From: Octopus vulgaris
Lineage: Eukaryota
Length of the DNA: 64,000 bases
Direction: 5' to 3'
NCBI GenBank assembly: GCA_951406725.2
Contig: OX597815.1
Span: forward strand, 54,746,001-54,810,000
The notes under the pieces are model-generated. The model ran no database searches. It saw nothing but the letters and a program-made list of their open reading frames with translations, and was not told the origin of the DNA. Below are positions 1-11,900 of the stretch, in pieces. A program made the position numbers and the translations under genes. Position 1 is the first letter of the stretch; each line of letters opens with the position of its first letter.

Positions 1-2912
1 CGGGCCGACAAATTCATCGTACTGGGTGACTTTAATGCTAATGTGGGTAGGGATTTTAACACATGGGCTGTAATTGGAAAGCATGGGGTGGGAAACTGTA
101 ACAGTAATGGCATGCTTTTGCTGCAGATGTGTGAGGAGCTGCATTTGTGTGTTACCAATACCATATTTCAGCAAAAGAATAAGTTTAAGACCACATGGAT
201 GCACCCTGCATCTAAAGAATGGCATATTCTGGACTACATCCTAGTTAGGGTGTGTGACAGACCAGATGTGCAGTGTGTTTGTGTTCTTCGTGGAGCTGAG
301 TGTTGGACTGACCACCGCCTAGTATGTGCAAAAGTGAAATTAGTCACAAAATATAAAATCCGGGCTGCAGTGATTACCCTGCCTAAAAGACTGAATGTTG
401 ATCGTCTTAGGTGTAATAGTGTGAAGAGAACTTTACGAGAGGAAATGAATGCTGCAGATAGTGGGGAGGATTGGCCGACCCTTAAAAAGTCAGCTTATGA
501 TATAGGCAAGAAAGTTTGGAGTTTCATACAAAGATAGCATCAAGACTGGTTTAAAGAAAATGATGAACATATAGATGATAAAAGACGTACTTTGTCACGC
601 TATTTGTCAGCAAAGCCACAGGAAAGGGAAGTGTTGCATAGGAAACTCAAGGATGTAAAAGGATGTAAAAAAGTGTTGCATAGGAAACTCAAGGATGTAA
701 AATCACGTGTGAAGCAAAGGCTCTCTCAGATGAGGGATACGTGGTGGAGTAAGAAGGTTGATGAGATATAGGTGGCGTCGGACTCCAATAACACAAAACT
801 GTTGTATGGTCTTTTGCGAGAAGTTTATCGACCGACATCTTCTCTGATGACACCACTTCGAAGCAGGGATGATAAAGAACTTCTTGATTCACAAGGAATT
901 CTGCGAAGGTGGAATGAACACTTTGATGAACTTTTGAATCAACAGTCTGTAGTTAGTGAGGATGTTCTCAATCTCATCCCTGGATTACCCGTGAAGGCAG
1001 CACTCGCAGAACCACCAAAGTTGGAAGAAGTTGCAGTGGCTCTCAAGGATTAATAATGAGAAATCTCCAGGTATGGATGGCATACATGCGGAGTTGTTAC
1101 AGCATGGTGGTGAGAAGATTCTGCAGCAACTTCACTCTTTTTTTGGTAAGATATGGGCTAGTGAATCTGTACCTGAGGACTGGAGATATACAGTAATGGT
1201 GGTCTTGTATAAGGGAAAGGGCAACAGGAGCGATTGTGGTAACTATAAGGGAATATCATTGCTTTCTCTCGTAGGAAAAATTTTATGCAGGGTACTTCTG
1301 GATCGTCTGCGGAAAAGCGTTGCAGCATGTGTTCTTCCAGAAACTCAATCTGGCTTTCGTGTGGGACGTGGCACTGCTGATATGATCTTTTCAGCTAGAC
1401 AGCTTCAGGAAAAGTGTGTGGAACAGAGCCTGGATTTGTATCAGGATTTTGTCGATGTGATAAAAGCCTTTGATACCGTTAATAAAATGCATTGTGGAAA
1501 GTCCTCCAGAAACTTGGGTGTTCTGAAAAGCTCCTTGCTTTGGTTAGGGTTAATGTTAGAGAGAAAACGTCGGAGCCCATTTCAATACAAAATGGAGTGA
1601 AACAGGGGGATATTCTGGCACCGACCCTATTTGCCATATATTTTGCGATAGTTTTCTGTATTGCATTCAGAAACTGCAGATATGGTGTTTACATCCATTA
1701 TCGAACCTCTGGCAGCATATTTAATATCAGGCGCTTTGCTGCAAAAGCAAAGGTATTTACCTCTATCATAAGAGACCTTTTGTATGCTGATGATTGTGAT
1801 CTAGTAGCGCACACAGAGATTGATATGCAACACATTTTGAATGCATTCTCTGATGCTTGCACTGCCTTCGGATTGACAGTCAATCTCAAGAAAACTGTTG
1901 TCATGTACCAACCTCCCCCTGGTAAGCAGTATAGTGTACCAAATATCTATATGTATGGTAAACGACTTGATGTAGTTGATCAGTTTGTCTACCTGGAAGG
2001 CTAGAAAGGCGCCTCTGGAGTCGGCGAGACATATGCAGAAAGACAAAGATAAAGGTGTACAAGGCATGTGTGCTCCCTTCTCTTCTCTATGTCTGCGAGA
2101 CGTGGGTCACATATCGATACCACCTTAAACAACTGGAACGTTTCCATCAGATGTGTCCCAATCGGATCTCTGGCATTAAGTGGGAGGACCGCATCAGTGA
2201 TCTTGAAATATTGGAAAGTATGGAAGCTCTTGTGTTAAAGCAAAGGTTCAGATGGAGTGGTCATCTGGTCAGGATGAAGGATTCAAGGATGCCAAAACAA
2301 CTCTTTTACGGAGAGTTAGCTAAAGGAGAACGACCTCCACATAAACCAAAAAAGAGGTATAAGGACTTGCTGAAGGCTTCCTTAAGAGATGCTTGCATCT
2401 CTCCTGACACATGGGAAGGCATAGCTATTGATCGTAGCAGGTGGAGAAGGATTGTGCACGAGGGGATAGCTACTTTTGAGAAATCTCGAGTCGCGCATGA
2501 GAAAGTAAGGGGGGATGTCAGGAAGGGCATCGCTTCCGGATAGGAAGGGCCTTCCTATGATGCTGACATGCAGTGTCAGTGTAAGACCCTGCCTCAGTAA
2601 AGCTGGACTGAAGAGTCATCTTCGTAGTCATAAAACAAGACAGATGAGTGACAACCTGGCCACTGGTGGTGGTGTTACACACCATACTAATTATATCTGT
2701 CATGCATGTGGAAGAGAGTGTAATTCGGTAGGAGGACTTAAACGACCTGCAAAGGTACATGAAGCCCAGTTACAACTACAGCCGGCTATTGCCAATTCTG
2801 TACAAGACATTGTAGATCTTTAGCTGGGCTAAAAAGTCACATTCGATCACAGCACCAATAACAGTTAAGCTTCGTGCAATGGCCATACTCGATAACGAGG
2901 GGGCAGCGATCA
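1..2912 (+). mobile_element. RTE-clade non-LTR retrotransposon (LINE), frameshifted/decayed, 5' end outside window
   Basis: APE endonuclease motifs (VLGDFNA at start, TWMHP..WHILDYIL, TDHRLV in 43..537); RT pieces 1031..2004 (KSPGMDGI, NYKGISLL, QSGFR, GVKQGDILAPTLF, LLYADD); RTE C-terminus (RWSGHLVRM..RMPKQLFYGEL); C2H2-like fingers 2560..2856; short 3' UTR followed by an (ATGT)-like tail. Confidence 0.93.
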
Positions 2913-3190
2913 TGTATCTATGTATGTATGCATGCAGGGGTAGGATGCGACCGTGCGGCGTACAAGAGGAGACCTTGTCACCAACCTCCTAACGTACTTG
3001 TATGTGCATATTTTTGTCATTGCGTGAGTAAATCTGTATGACTTAGGTATGAGTACCTATTTTTATATAATGTATGCATATGAATGTGCACATGCAAGAG
3101 CTAAACTAGTGAAATGTTTTATCTAACCATGGCAATAGCAACTTTCTGTTGAACGATGGTTTGTGAATCATAGCTTCTCAAGGATGTTGT

Positions 3191-3337
3191 TCCTATAAAC
3201 AAGAATTCGTCCCGTTGTCAGATTGATCGTTCCGGTCAGGTAGCTTTGACCCAAGAGACACACAAAGATGTCGAAATACCAGAGCGTGTCAAAGGCCCCT
3301 TACACTGGTGAATCGCGTGTGTTATGAACACACATTA
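3191..3337. repeat. copy 1 of a ~140-nt diverged direct repeat with conserved hairpins
   Basis: Aligns with 3763..3897 (tataaacaaga, atcgttccgg..aggta.ctttgac, tcaaag..cc.ttacac.ggtgaat, tgtgttatga..acacatt). Confidence 0.8.
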
Positions 3338-3762
3338 ATTGCATAATCAACTGCCTTCATAATTACAACAGTAAGTAGTCATAATGTAGTATTTGTAGAT
3401 TTCTTATTAGTTTAACGTAAATGTTTCTTTTTCTCTTAACATTTATTTACTAGACCTTTATTTATTACTCTCTTTTTGTTCTGTTCGAAATCATAATGTC
3501 CAGTCTATCTTCTTAACATATATATATATATTATTATATACGTTTGAATTATTGTAAACACATTACACCAGAACTCTACCATACTCGGAGCGAATATGCT
3601 CTCCACTTCACTTTAACTTCTTATATTTTGAACTTAATAACTATATTTTCTACGAATTTCGTTGTGTAGTATTTGGACCACTATATCATGTCTGTAGCTG
3701 CTAGATTTGTGACATTTTTGGAAAGTTCTGAACGCATCAACAAAATAATTTGTTAGCTCATT

Positions 3763-3897
3763 CTTATAAACAAGAGCTCATCCTCTTGCCTGATTTATCG
3801 TTCCGGCGAGGTAACTTTGACATACAACGAGGTTGAAGCACTAGGGCGTCTCAAAGACCCATTACACCGGTGAATTGCTGTGTTATGAGAACACATT
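3763..3897. repeat. copy 2 of the ~140-nt diverged direct repeat
   Basis: Aligns with 3191..3337. Confidence 0.8.
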
Positions 3898-4093
3898 GTC
3901 TAAAGAGAGGAGATGTACGCCGATGATGCGATCAGATATTCATGTTCGAAACTGCTCGATTTATTACGAATGAATAGATATGTTTTTGTTGGGTTCTCGC
4001 TGCTCCGTGTGTAATCCCTGAATTTAGTACATTTAAAATTGTTTAATTCTTTATGCAATAATCCACATCTGTTTGCACTACAGGTGTTCTGCC

Positions 4094-4094
<1 letters not shown>

Positions 4095-4190
<96 letters not shown>
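4095..4190. repeat. (GATA)n microsatellite at the 3' flank of the Tx1 element
   Basis: Direct reading. Confidence 0.98.
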
Positions 4191-4542
4191 TGTTTCTTTA
4201 TTAGCCACACAGGGCTGCACACAGACAGGACAAATTACAAGGTAGAGCTTTTCTTTTGGGGGTAAAAAAGGGGGTTTGGTTTTCGATCAAAAGGGATCGT
4301 AAAAGGAAAGAAAGAGGACAAAAAAAGGGGGTGGGATAGAAAATAAAAGGAAAAGGAAAAAAATCGATCAATAGGGATCGTTATCACAGAAATGTCAATA
4401 TAGAGTGTAAAGGGGAGGACAGGTGAGGTTTACCCGTGGAAAGAAAAGCCTACGGAAAAGACCACGGTAACCAAGGTCAATGAAGTCACATGTTATATTT
4501 TTTTTTTACAAATAAGCAACTCTCTGTATTAATTTTTACGGT

Positions 4543-6975
4543 TCATAGGATCATAGTCAAGGTGGCTTCGTTATTCATACGTGCTATCCTTGCTACATTC
4601 ACCCATCTTTTTTTAAAACATTCACTAGACAAAACTTGCCTCTCTATTCTCATTTTCCTCTTCAAGTGATACTTGAAGAAGTTTATGAGAGATTGACCAG
4701 AGAGGAAAGTGTTTGTCTCTAATCCTTTTAGGCGCGTCCACCAGATACATTCTTTCGCCATAGCCACAAGTATGATAAAAATAGCTCTTCCTTCCCGTTT
4801 GAAGGAAGGAGGCGAGACGACATTAACGATAGACTCGGCTGATAAACCGACACGTCCCACATGTGAAGGCAGTCGTTCGACATATGCCCACAGGTCGGAG
4901 ATTGTTGGACACTGCACGATTGCGTGCACAACGGTTTCGTCGCTCTGCCCGCATCTCGGGCATCTCGAGCCATGCCTATAGAGCTTATCCCGAACGGGTA
5001 GCGCTTCTCGGTAGCACTGCCAGGCCAGGGATCTCTGGAAGTTGTCCATAGATCCCGGCCCGAAAGTCGTTTCAAACAGGCGGGTCAGGTATTCCTCGTC
5101 GATGCCCAGGTTTGCCCCAAGATCGTCGTCGTACCCCCCCTCCACTAATCCCCTATAGAATGCTTTGGTTGTGATGAAGTCACTCAAGGTCGACCCGGGA
5201 CGGCAGAGTTGCTTGAGAGCAACGTGACACTCGCGGTGCCATTCGCCCTCCCTCGGCCTCTTTTTGATCCACGACTGCAGTTCGGTCATGGAGACGAGCT
5301 GCGGGAATGCGTGCCTCACAAACGGCGACCACACCTGTTCACCGTCGTCTACATAGAGCCGGAGATGTCGCAGTCTCAGCGCGTGTCTGCGCATCATCAA
5401 CCACGGCATGCCCAGCCCTCCTTTTAACGGGTGTTGACAGCAAATGGATCGCCTGACCATCGAGACGCATCCTTTCCACAAGAAGCGGAAGAGAATGCGT
5501 TCTAGTTTGGTGATGGTAGGGTCGGGACAAGGTACGACGGTCAGGCGGTAGTAGATGATGGACGCGATGTACGTGTTCGCCACCTCTGCCCGACCTTTTA
5601 GGGACAGTTTTCTTTCGGCCCATTGCCGGGCGAGAGTGACCACCCTGCTCGTTATCTCGTTCCAGTTCTTCTCCATTTGGAGGTCCGGACCGAACCAGGC
5701 CCCGAGCAACTCAACCAGGCCGTCCGTCCAGCGTCCCACGACGGAGGTACTAGTGGACGGCATGGGCTTGCTTCTCCAGGTGCCGAGCCGCAAGCCCACT
5801 GACTTTTCCCGATTAATTTTTGCTTCTGTCACCGCTACGTAGTCTTTCAGCGTCTCGCCGACCAGCTCGATGTGCCTGTGGCTTGATACTATGACGGTGA
5901 CGTCGTCCACATATGCAGACACGCTCGTCCCGCATCCCAATTCTCGCGAGATGCCCCTCAGAGTCACCAGCTTCCGCAGTAGTGGCTCGAGAGTCAATAC
6001 GTATAGAAGCGACGAGAGGGGGCATCCCTGACGGACCGAACGTGCAATGTTGAAAGGTCTCGATAGATGTCCATTTACGCGAATTACCGAACGGATGCCT
6101 CTGTACAAGGCAGCTATCCAGCCGCGGAAGACGGGACCGAAACCAGCCGCTCTCATGACTGCCTCCAAGTATCGATGGTCTACCTTATCGAAGGCTTTCG
6201 ATTGATCCAAATTGATCAGGGCCCCACCCATGCCAGGTTCCTTAACTACTCTGTCTATGATGTAGCGCATCAGATGGAGGTTGTCATGGATGCTCCGGCC
6301 CGGCACGGCACACGTTTGTGCCTTGTCGACCAGTTTCTCGATGACAAGCGCCAACCTCTTGGCTAACACCTTGGTCAAAATTTTCAGGTCTGCATTGAGC
6401 AGAGTGATTGGCCTAAAGTTATCTATAATGTCCCCCTTGTTTGGATCTTTCTTCAGCAGCGTTACGGCTCCTCGACTCACAAAACCGGGTATGCTCCCGT
6501 TTTGCTGCCAGTTGCAGTATACCGCTGCCAAGACGTCTCCAAACAAGTCTGGCATACAATTGTAAAACTCGTAGGGCAGACCATCCAAACCCGGCGATTT
6601 GTCTCTCGAGCATTCTGCCATTGCGTCCCGCACATCCGCCGCCGTGATGACACCTTCGTAGCACTCTGCCTCTCTTGCCGAGAGTCGTGGTAGGCTGTGC
6701 AGGTAGGCACTGAAGTCCACCCTGCGTTCACGCTCGTCACTCGTCCCGTACAGTCGGGCAAAGTGCCGCTGAAATGCCTCGCACATCTTGCTGAGCTCGA
6801 GCAATTCGCGCCCTTGTTCATCTACCAGAGACCGAATGGTGGCTTTGTTGCCCTGCTGCGCCTCCGCCACCCGGGCCTCCCTCGCGGCTCCAACACCTTC
6901 CATCCTTAGAGCACGCATCCTAGCCCTGACAGCACACCCTTCGTGTTTGGCGTTGAAGTGTTGGTCAAGGGCCAA
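4543..6975 (-). CDS. Tx1-type ORF2, reverse transcriptase plus C-terminal CCHC zinc knuckle (810-aa open part of a frameshifted ORF2)
   Basis: KSPGLDGLPYEFY, NFRPITLLNADLKI, LDQSKAFDKVDH, VRQGCPLS, AYVDDV, CPRCGQSDETVVHAIVQC. Confidence 0.9.
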   Translation of the reverse strand: MALDQHFNAKHEGCAVRARMRALRMEGVGAAREARVAEAQQGNKATIRSLVDEQGRELLELSKMCEAFQRHFARLYGTSDERERRVDFSAYLHSLPRLSAREAECYEGVITAADVRDAMAECSRDKSPGLDGLPYEFYNCMPDLFGDVLAAVYCNWQQNGSIPGFVSRGAVTLLKKDPNKGDIIDNFRPITLLNADLKILTKVLAKRLALVIEKLVDKAQTCAVPGRSIHDNLHLMRYIIDRVVKEPGMGGALINLDQSKAFDKVDHRYLEAVMRAAGFGPVFRGWIAALYRGIRSVIRVNGHLSRPFNIARSVRQGCPLSSLLYVLTLEPLLRKLVTLRGISRELGCGTSVSAYVDDVTVIVSSHRHIELVGETLKDYVAVTEAKINREKSVGLRLGTWRSKPMPSTSTSVVGRWTDGLVELLGAWFGPDLQMEKNWNEITSRVVTLARQWAERKLSLKGRAEVANTYIASIIYYRLTVVPCPDPTITKLERILFRFLWKGCVSMVRRSICCQHPLKGGLGMPWLMMRRHALRLRHLRLYVDDGEQVWSPFVRHAFPQLVSMTELQSWIKKRPREGEWHRECHVALKQLCRPGSTLSDFITTKAFYRGLVEGGYDDDLGANLGIDEEYLTRLFETTFGPGSMDNFQRSLAWQCYREALPVRDKLYRHGSRCPRCGQSDETVVHAIVQCPTISDLWAYVERLPSHVGRVGLSAESIVNVVSPPSFKREGRAIFIILVAMAKECIWWTRLKGLETNTFLSGQSLINFFKYHLKRKMRIERQVLSSECFKKRWVNVARIARMNNEATLTMIL

Positions 6976-7947
6976 CCTCGCCGCTAAAACGTCTTATTGC
7001 CTCTTCTAACTTCTTAACTAACTCACCCTCTACTCTATTTCTATCTACGGCTAGTGCCTTGCTATATTTAATTGTTTCCGCTCTTACTGCTCTCTTGGGG
7101 GCGAACCACCATTTGTTGTGGACAATGGCTCCCGTTAAAGCCCTTTTTTCTAACGTGTTGATTCTGTCTCTGAAAACCTGTCTGGACGGGAAAGATGCGT
7201 TCAGTTTCCAGTAACCGGGACCCTGTCTATGTGCCTTATCTAAGTCTAGCGTACACGTCACGAATTTGTGATCCGTGGAGCTGACTGTGTGGAATTGTGG
7301 ACATCCTAAGTTATCCCTGTCTACTGTCCTACACAGTATCCTATCTAGTTACGATCTCGACGACCCACTGCGGTTGCTCCATGTCCACGTTGGTGCATTT
7401 GGGTGGTCGAGTCGGTACTTGTCAGACAGTTGGAATCGTCTGAGCAGGTCTCTGAGGCATTTGCATCCCCTTCTGTTTTTGTCTCTCCCCACATAGTCTA
7501 GATGCGTGTCCAAGGTAGCATTCCAATCCCCCACTAAAAGTAAAGGACGTGACGTTCCCAGGAATACTTCTAGACGTCGAAAGAAATCCGGCCGACCTGT
7601 TAAAGGCGGTGCGTAGACTGATATGAGTCGAAAAGCGCACCCATTGCTGCCCTCGACATCCAGAACGACCAGTCTACCTTCCGGGTCTACGAATATCGTC
7701 TTGACTTCGAGATCCAGGCTCTTGTGAAAAAGTAACGCGGTGCCACTACCGCCCATCCTCGGCAGACAGGGAGAAAAATAAATGTTAAACTGTCCGCCAA
7801 ACATGGACTTTAGGGCCCGTGACTCGTGGAGTCTGGTCTCACTTATGGCTATGTTCCCAAATCGTGTGACTTGATGTCATTTAGGAGGTATCCTTGTTTC
7901 CAAGGAGACCCCAAGCCACGCGCATTCATACAACCAATCTTGACCAT
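6965..7947 (-). pseudogene. Tx1 ORF2 apurinic-like endonuclease domain, broken by stops/frameshifts
   Basis: ORF pieces 7349..7804 and 6965..7261 carry APE motifs; NARGL near 7925. Confidence 0.85.
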
Positions 7948-8615
7948 GATTCTATTGGGGTGTGTGCTTTAAAACACAAAAAGGAAGGTACAGAGAGTTA
8001 CTTACTTGTGTCGAAAGTTTTGGCTTCCTCGTTCTTTGATGTGTCTTGGAGGAGGTTTTTGTACAGTTTTTTCGAGAGATATTTTTGGAACCCCCCAACC
8101 GCATTTGGAAAGAGGGCTTTGAGTGTGTGGTGTTGTGTTTGTGTGATGTGTAGTATTTTGATGTGTTTGGGTGGTGTAGTGCGTGGATGGTTGTTAGTTT
8201 TGAAGTCATCTTCACAGATGTTTGTGTGGGCTGTGATGTACTCCATTAGTTTTGAGTCTTTGGTGTCTATCGCTGATAGCATTGTGTGTGTTTTTGTGGT
8301 GTTGGTGCATGTTTGGTTGTGTAAGGAGCTTTCAGGTTCAGATATCTCCCTGCTTTGGTTGCATTTTCTTGTTTTTTTTTTTTATCTTTTCCTTTTACCC
8401 CCGGTGGCTATTTGCCATTCTGTCGAACTTTCATGGTTAGATGAAAAGTCTGACGAATCAGAAGGGGGTAAGGGCAAAGCATCTGGGTCTGTTTGTGCGG
8501 TTGTAGATATTGTTGTGGTGTGCGGGGCGTGTTGCTGGGGGCTTAGTGTGGTGATTGTCTCTTCTATATCCTCGGTGCTTGGTGGTGATTGTCTCTTCTA
8601 CATCCTCGGTGCTTG

Positions 8616-8616
<1 letters not shown>

Positions 8617-8647
<31 letters not shown>

Positions 8648-8699
8648 GTCATTTCAGAATACAGACAAGTGTTGGTACTCAGTACGTAACAGCATTCCT

Positions 8700-8760
<61 letters not shown>

Positions 8761-8782
8761 TTTCTCTCTCTTTCTCTCTCTT

Positions 8783-8820
<38 letters not shown>
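8617..8820. repeat. (GATA)n, (CT)n and (CA)n microsatellites
   Basis: Direct reading. Confidence 0.95.
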
Positions 8821-8822
<2 letters not shown>

Positions 8823-9280
8823 CGTTTACATTAACAGCGTTTTAGAATAATTCAACAGTTTACAAAATTATCCTTGCCGTTTTCGTATTTCAAATCTAAT
8901 TATATTGTTTCATGATGTATAGTGCACTAAATCTGTACCTCAGAGAATAACCATCATTTATTATCAATTAGTTCTGCTCAACTTGCATAACACGTGTTCA
9001 TGTTATAACTGGAATTTTTTAATTATTACTGCAGCATGACGGATCTACTTACCGAATTAATAAACTCCATATGTTTTGCAACATATTGTAATTTTACTTT
9101 TACGCGTGTACACATGACAACTGTACGTCGTCAAAATAGATACTAAATTCTAGAAACTGTTTTAATGTAATCAATGCAAAATGCCCTGGTACTGAAATAA
9201 AGATTCTTTCACTGATTTCGCTTTCGTTTAGCACTTCTAACTTTCCTTAATAGAGTCTCATTATCTGAAATATTGCAATA

Positions 9281-9485
9281 TATTGGTTTTAAATTTTGGA
9301 ACAAAGTCAGCAATTCCAGGGCGGGGTTAGTCGTTTACATCAACCCAAGTGATCAACTTATATTTATTTTATCCACTCGAAAAGTGGAGTCGAGATCGGA
9401 AGAATTTAAACTCAGAACGTGAAGACGAACGGAATGCCGGTTTGTAATTTTCCTGGGCGCTAACAATTCCGCCAGCTCGCCTCCT
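9281..9485 (-). mobile_element. tRNA-derived SINE family A, diverged copy
   Basis: Reverse strand reads ggaggcgagctggcggaattgttagc (box A) ... gttctgagtttaaattc (box B); aligns with 59404, 52783 and 62060 copies. Confidence 0.8.
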
Positions 9486-11789
9486 TAGTTTTTGCGAAGA
9501 TAGTAAACGTGCATATGTTTATATTTGCTTTCTTTCGATTATTCTTCACCACGTTATTTTTCTAATATCCTCATTAACTGGCTTGTTAATGTATTTCAGC
9601 CATAATCAGTCCATCTTATTTTAAGACAATGTAGCCCGAACTACACTTTTTCTATTTTGAGCGGAATTTGGTTGCTTTTTATTGAAGATAAAGTAACCAC
9701 GTTGATGTTTCCCTCCTTAGCTCATATTTGTTTCCAGATCAAACTTAATCCTGCAAACCTATAAGTAAATGCATTTCAGTTGCAACCATCCTGTCTTTTG
9801 GAGATATGTAGGATACAGTATGTAGTATATCCTTCTTTGCTTGTCCACAGGCTAATATCTCAAACAAACCTTAACTGCACACCTCGACGTGCTATGCTTA
9901 CAATAAAGTATAGCTGTAAGGACATCTGTTTTCTCCATTTCCAATCTATTTTTGTATACTAGTTGCTGTTCTTGTGGTTGCTTAGTCACAGACCAGCCCC
10001 GATCGAGCACATCTACGGCTAAGCTTCTTCTTTAATGCACATAATGCAGGACCACATGTAACATGGCCATTTATAAAAACTGTTGGGGAAAAAAGGAAAA
10101 TTGTCAGATGTCTGAAGCAGGATGAGAGCTATGTAGAAGTCCTGCTGGAGCCCCCAGCAGAGTTAGATTCGATTAGAATTTATTCCTCCCTACTGTTCAT
10201 AGGTTTGTTATATCCCCGTGTGATGAGGCTAACATGAATATGTTTGAGAGCATATGTTGCAGCTAACTTTCTGAATATACAATGCTGCTATGTTTGTGAG
10301 TGTAGGATGGCGATATTTTATGGGGGTATACGCTGTTTGGTTGAACTTCGTAAAAATGGTAATGTTCTCAGGATATTAAAAGAAAATTCCTTAATGTTAA
10401 TATGCCAGATAGTTGAGCAGCGGTTTATAATATGCTAATTTTGCATCTTCACAAATATTTCGAAAGATGAAATGTTTGCCAAGATGCGGCCTCAAATTTA
10501 GACTTACTATCCACATACTAATAACAAAATTGCCATTTCCCCCCAGTTCTCTAATTTACAAATAAACATAAATATCAGCTTTTAAAAAAAATATTTTCAC
10601 ACCTTCAGTCGTGGTAAAATAGTGTTTTAAAATTCTGGATACTATTCATTTATAGGTGGTTCAATTTTTATTGTCATATTCACTTTTTTAAAAAATTAAA
10701 TAACATGAGTTAGTCTTCCTATCGCATAGATTGATTTTTATTTCACAACTACCCATTTACTCTCTTTCTTTCTCCCTCTTTCACTATGTATGTGTGTGTA
10801 TGTGTGTGTGTGTGTCCTGATGGTGGTGGTAGCGATGGTGGTAGTGATAGTGTTGGTTGTAGTGGAGGTGGTTGTGGCGTTTGCTAAAAACACACACATA
10901 AGCATCATACATACGTACATAACGAAATTATAAGCTGTTCACTTTAATAAAAGTAAAAGCAAGAAAGCAAATAGTATCCAAACAGACATAATTATTATCT
11001 ACTTCACAAAGTTAATATGTGGAGAGATTAGGCAATGCTGTCAGATCAATATTAACTGCCAATTAAACAAAACTTGCTCTGTTCGGCTTAGATCCAAAAA
11101 TATAACAACCAGCTTGCAATATATTTCCACAACTACACAAGTCTACAATATTCGTGTTTATGTAGCCAAATATCGTAAAGCAAAATGTTAGACTGCCATA
11201 GAACAAGATTTGAGACTGCCAATCGGTTTCGATTCTCTGCTGACAAAACTTACGCCATTCTCGCAGTTTTAAGCAAGTCATGAATGCCATACTATTACAT
11301 ATTTTTTCTGTGAACTATATCCCGTGTGTGCCAGTTAAAGAAGTTAAAAGGAATAGTGTACATATCTCGGGAGAGTGCTTAGAATGAATTCCAAACTCAT
11401 TGACTAGCAAGTATTGCGATGCCCGGGTAGCATTAATTCTTTTCCGTTATGCTCTTGAAACAGATCTGGATTTTTTTTCTTTTCTATTCTTTCTCTCGCG
11501 CAAATAGAGAGTATTTATGCCAAGACTCCAGACACCAAGAAACCAGTATTATTGTACAGGTATACAGTGTAATATAGTTGGCAGAAACAAAATATTTTAT
11601 GTCATCCTTTAAGTTTAGATTTAAACATTCACTGTCATCAATTTCAAATGTTATCCAGGAAGTCGATAAAATAATTATCTGTAAGGCATCAGGGTTACTT
11701 CGACTTTCTATAAACCTTCTCTGCAAAATTCGGACAAATTTTAAGACATTGAAGCATTATAATAACTGATTCATGGTGATTTTTCTAAT

Positions 11790-11900
11790 CGTGGCTTTCT
11801 ATGTTCTGAGTTCAAATTCTACTGAGGTCAATTTGGTGCATCATTTCTGCAGCCTCGATAAAATAAGGAACAGCAATACACTAATGTCAATAAATTAACT
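11790..11900 (+). mobile_element. SINE family A, degenerate fragment
   Basis: gttctgagttcaaattctactgaggtcaattt...tcgataaaataag. Confidence 0.6.

Larger units (their letters stand above)
4191..8616 (-). mobile_element. Tx1/L1-clade LINE, 5'-truncated within ORF1, inserted in (GATA)n
   Basis: ORF1 C-terminal part ending at 7998; ORF2 begins MVKIGCMNARGL at 7947 (APE: VYAP, LLVGDWNA, WTWSN, GPGYWKLN); RT in 4543..6975; 3' UTR with AATAAA; (GATA)n on both sides. Confidence 0.93.

Noticed and set aside
629-702. Short tandem duplication (aagtgttgcataggaaactcaaggatgtaaaa twice) inside the RTE
   Set aside because: Ordinary post-insertion duplication in a dead copy.
7894-8622. 242-aa plus-strand ORF rich in Val/Cys/Leu
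   Set aside because: Antisense to the Tx1 ORF1; the composition mirrors the AC-rich sense strand.
10950-11770. Short ORFs in non-repetitive-looking DNA as possible host exons
   Set aside because: No recognisable domain and no consistent splice-flanked frame.
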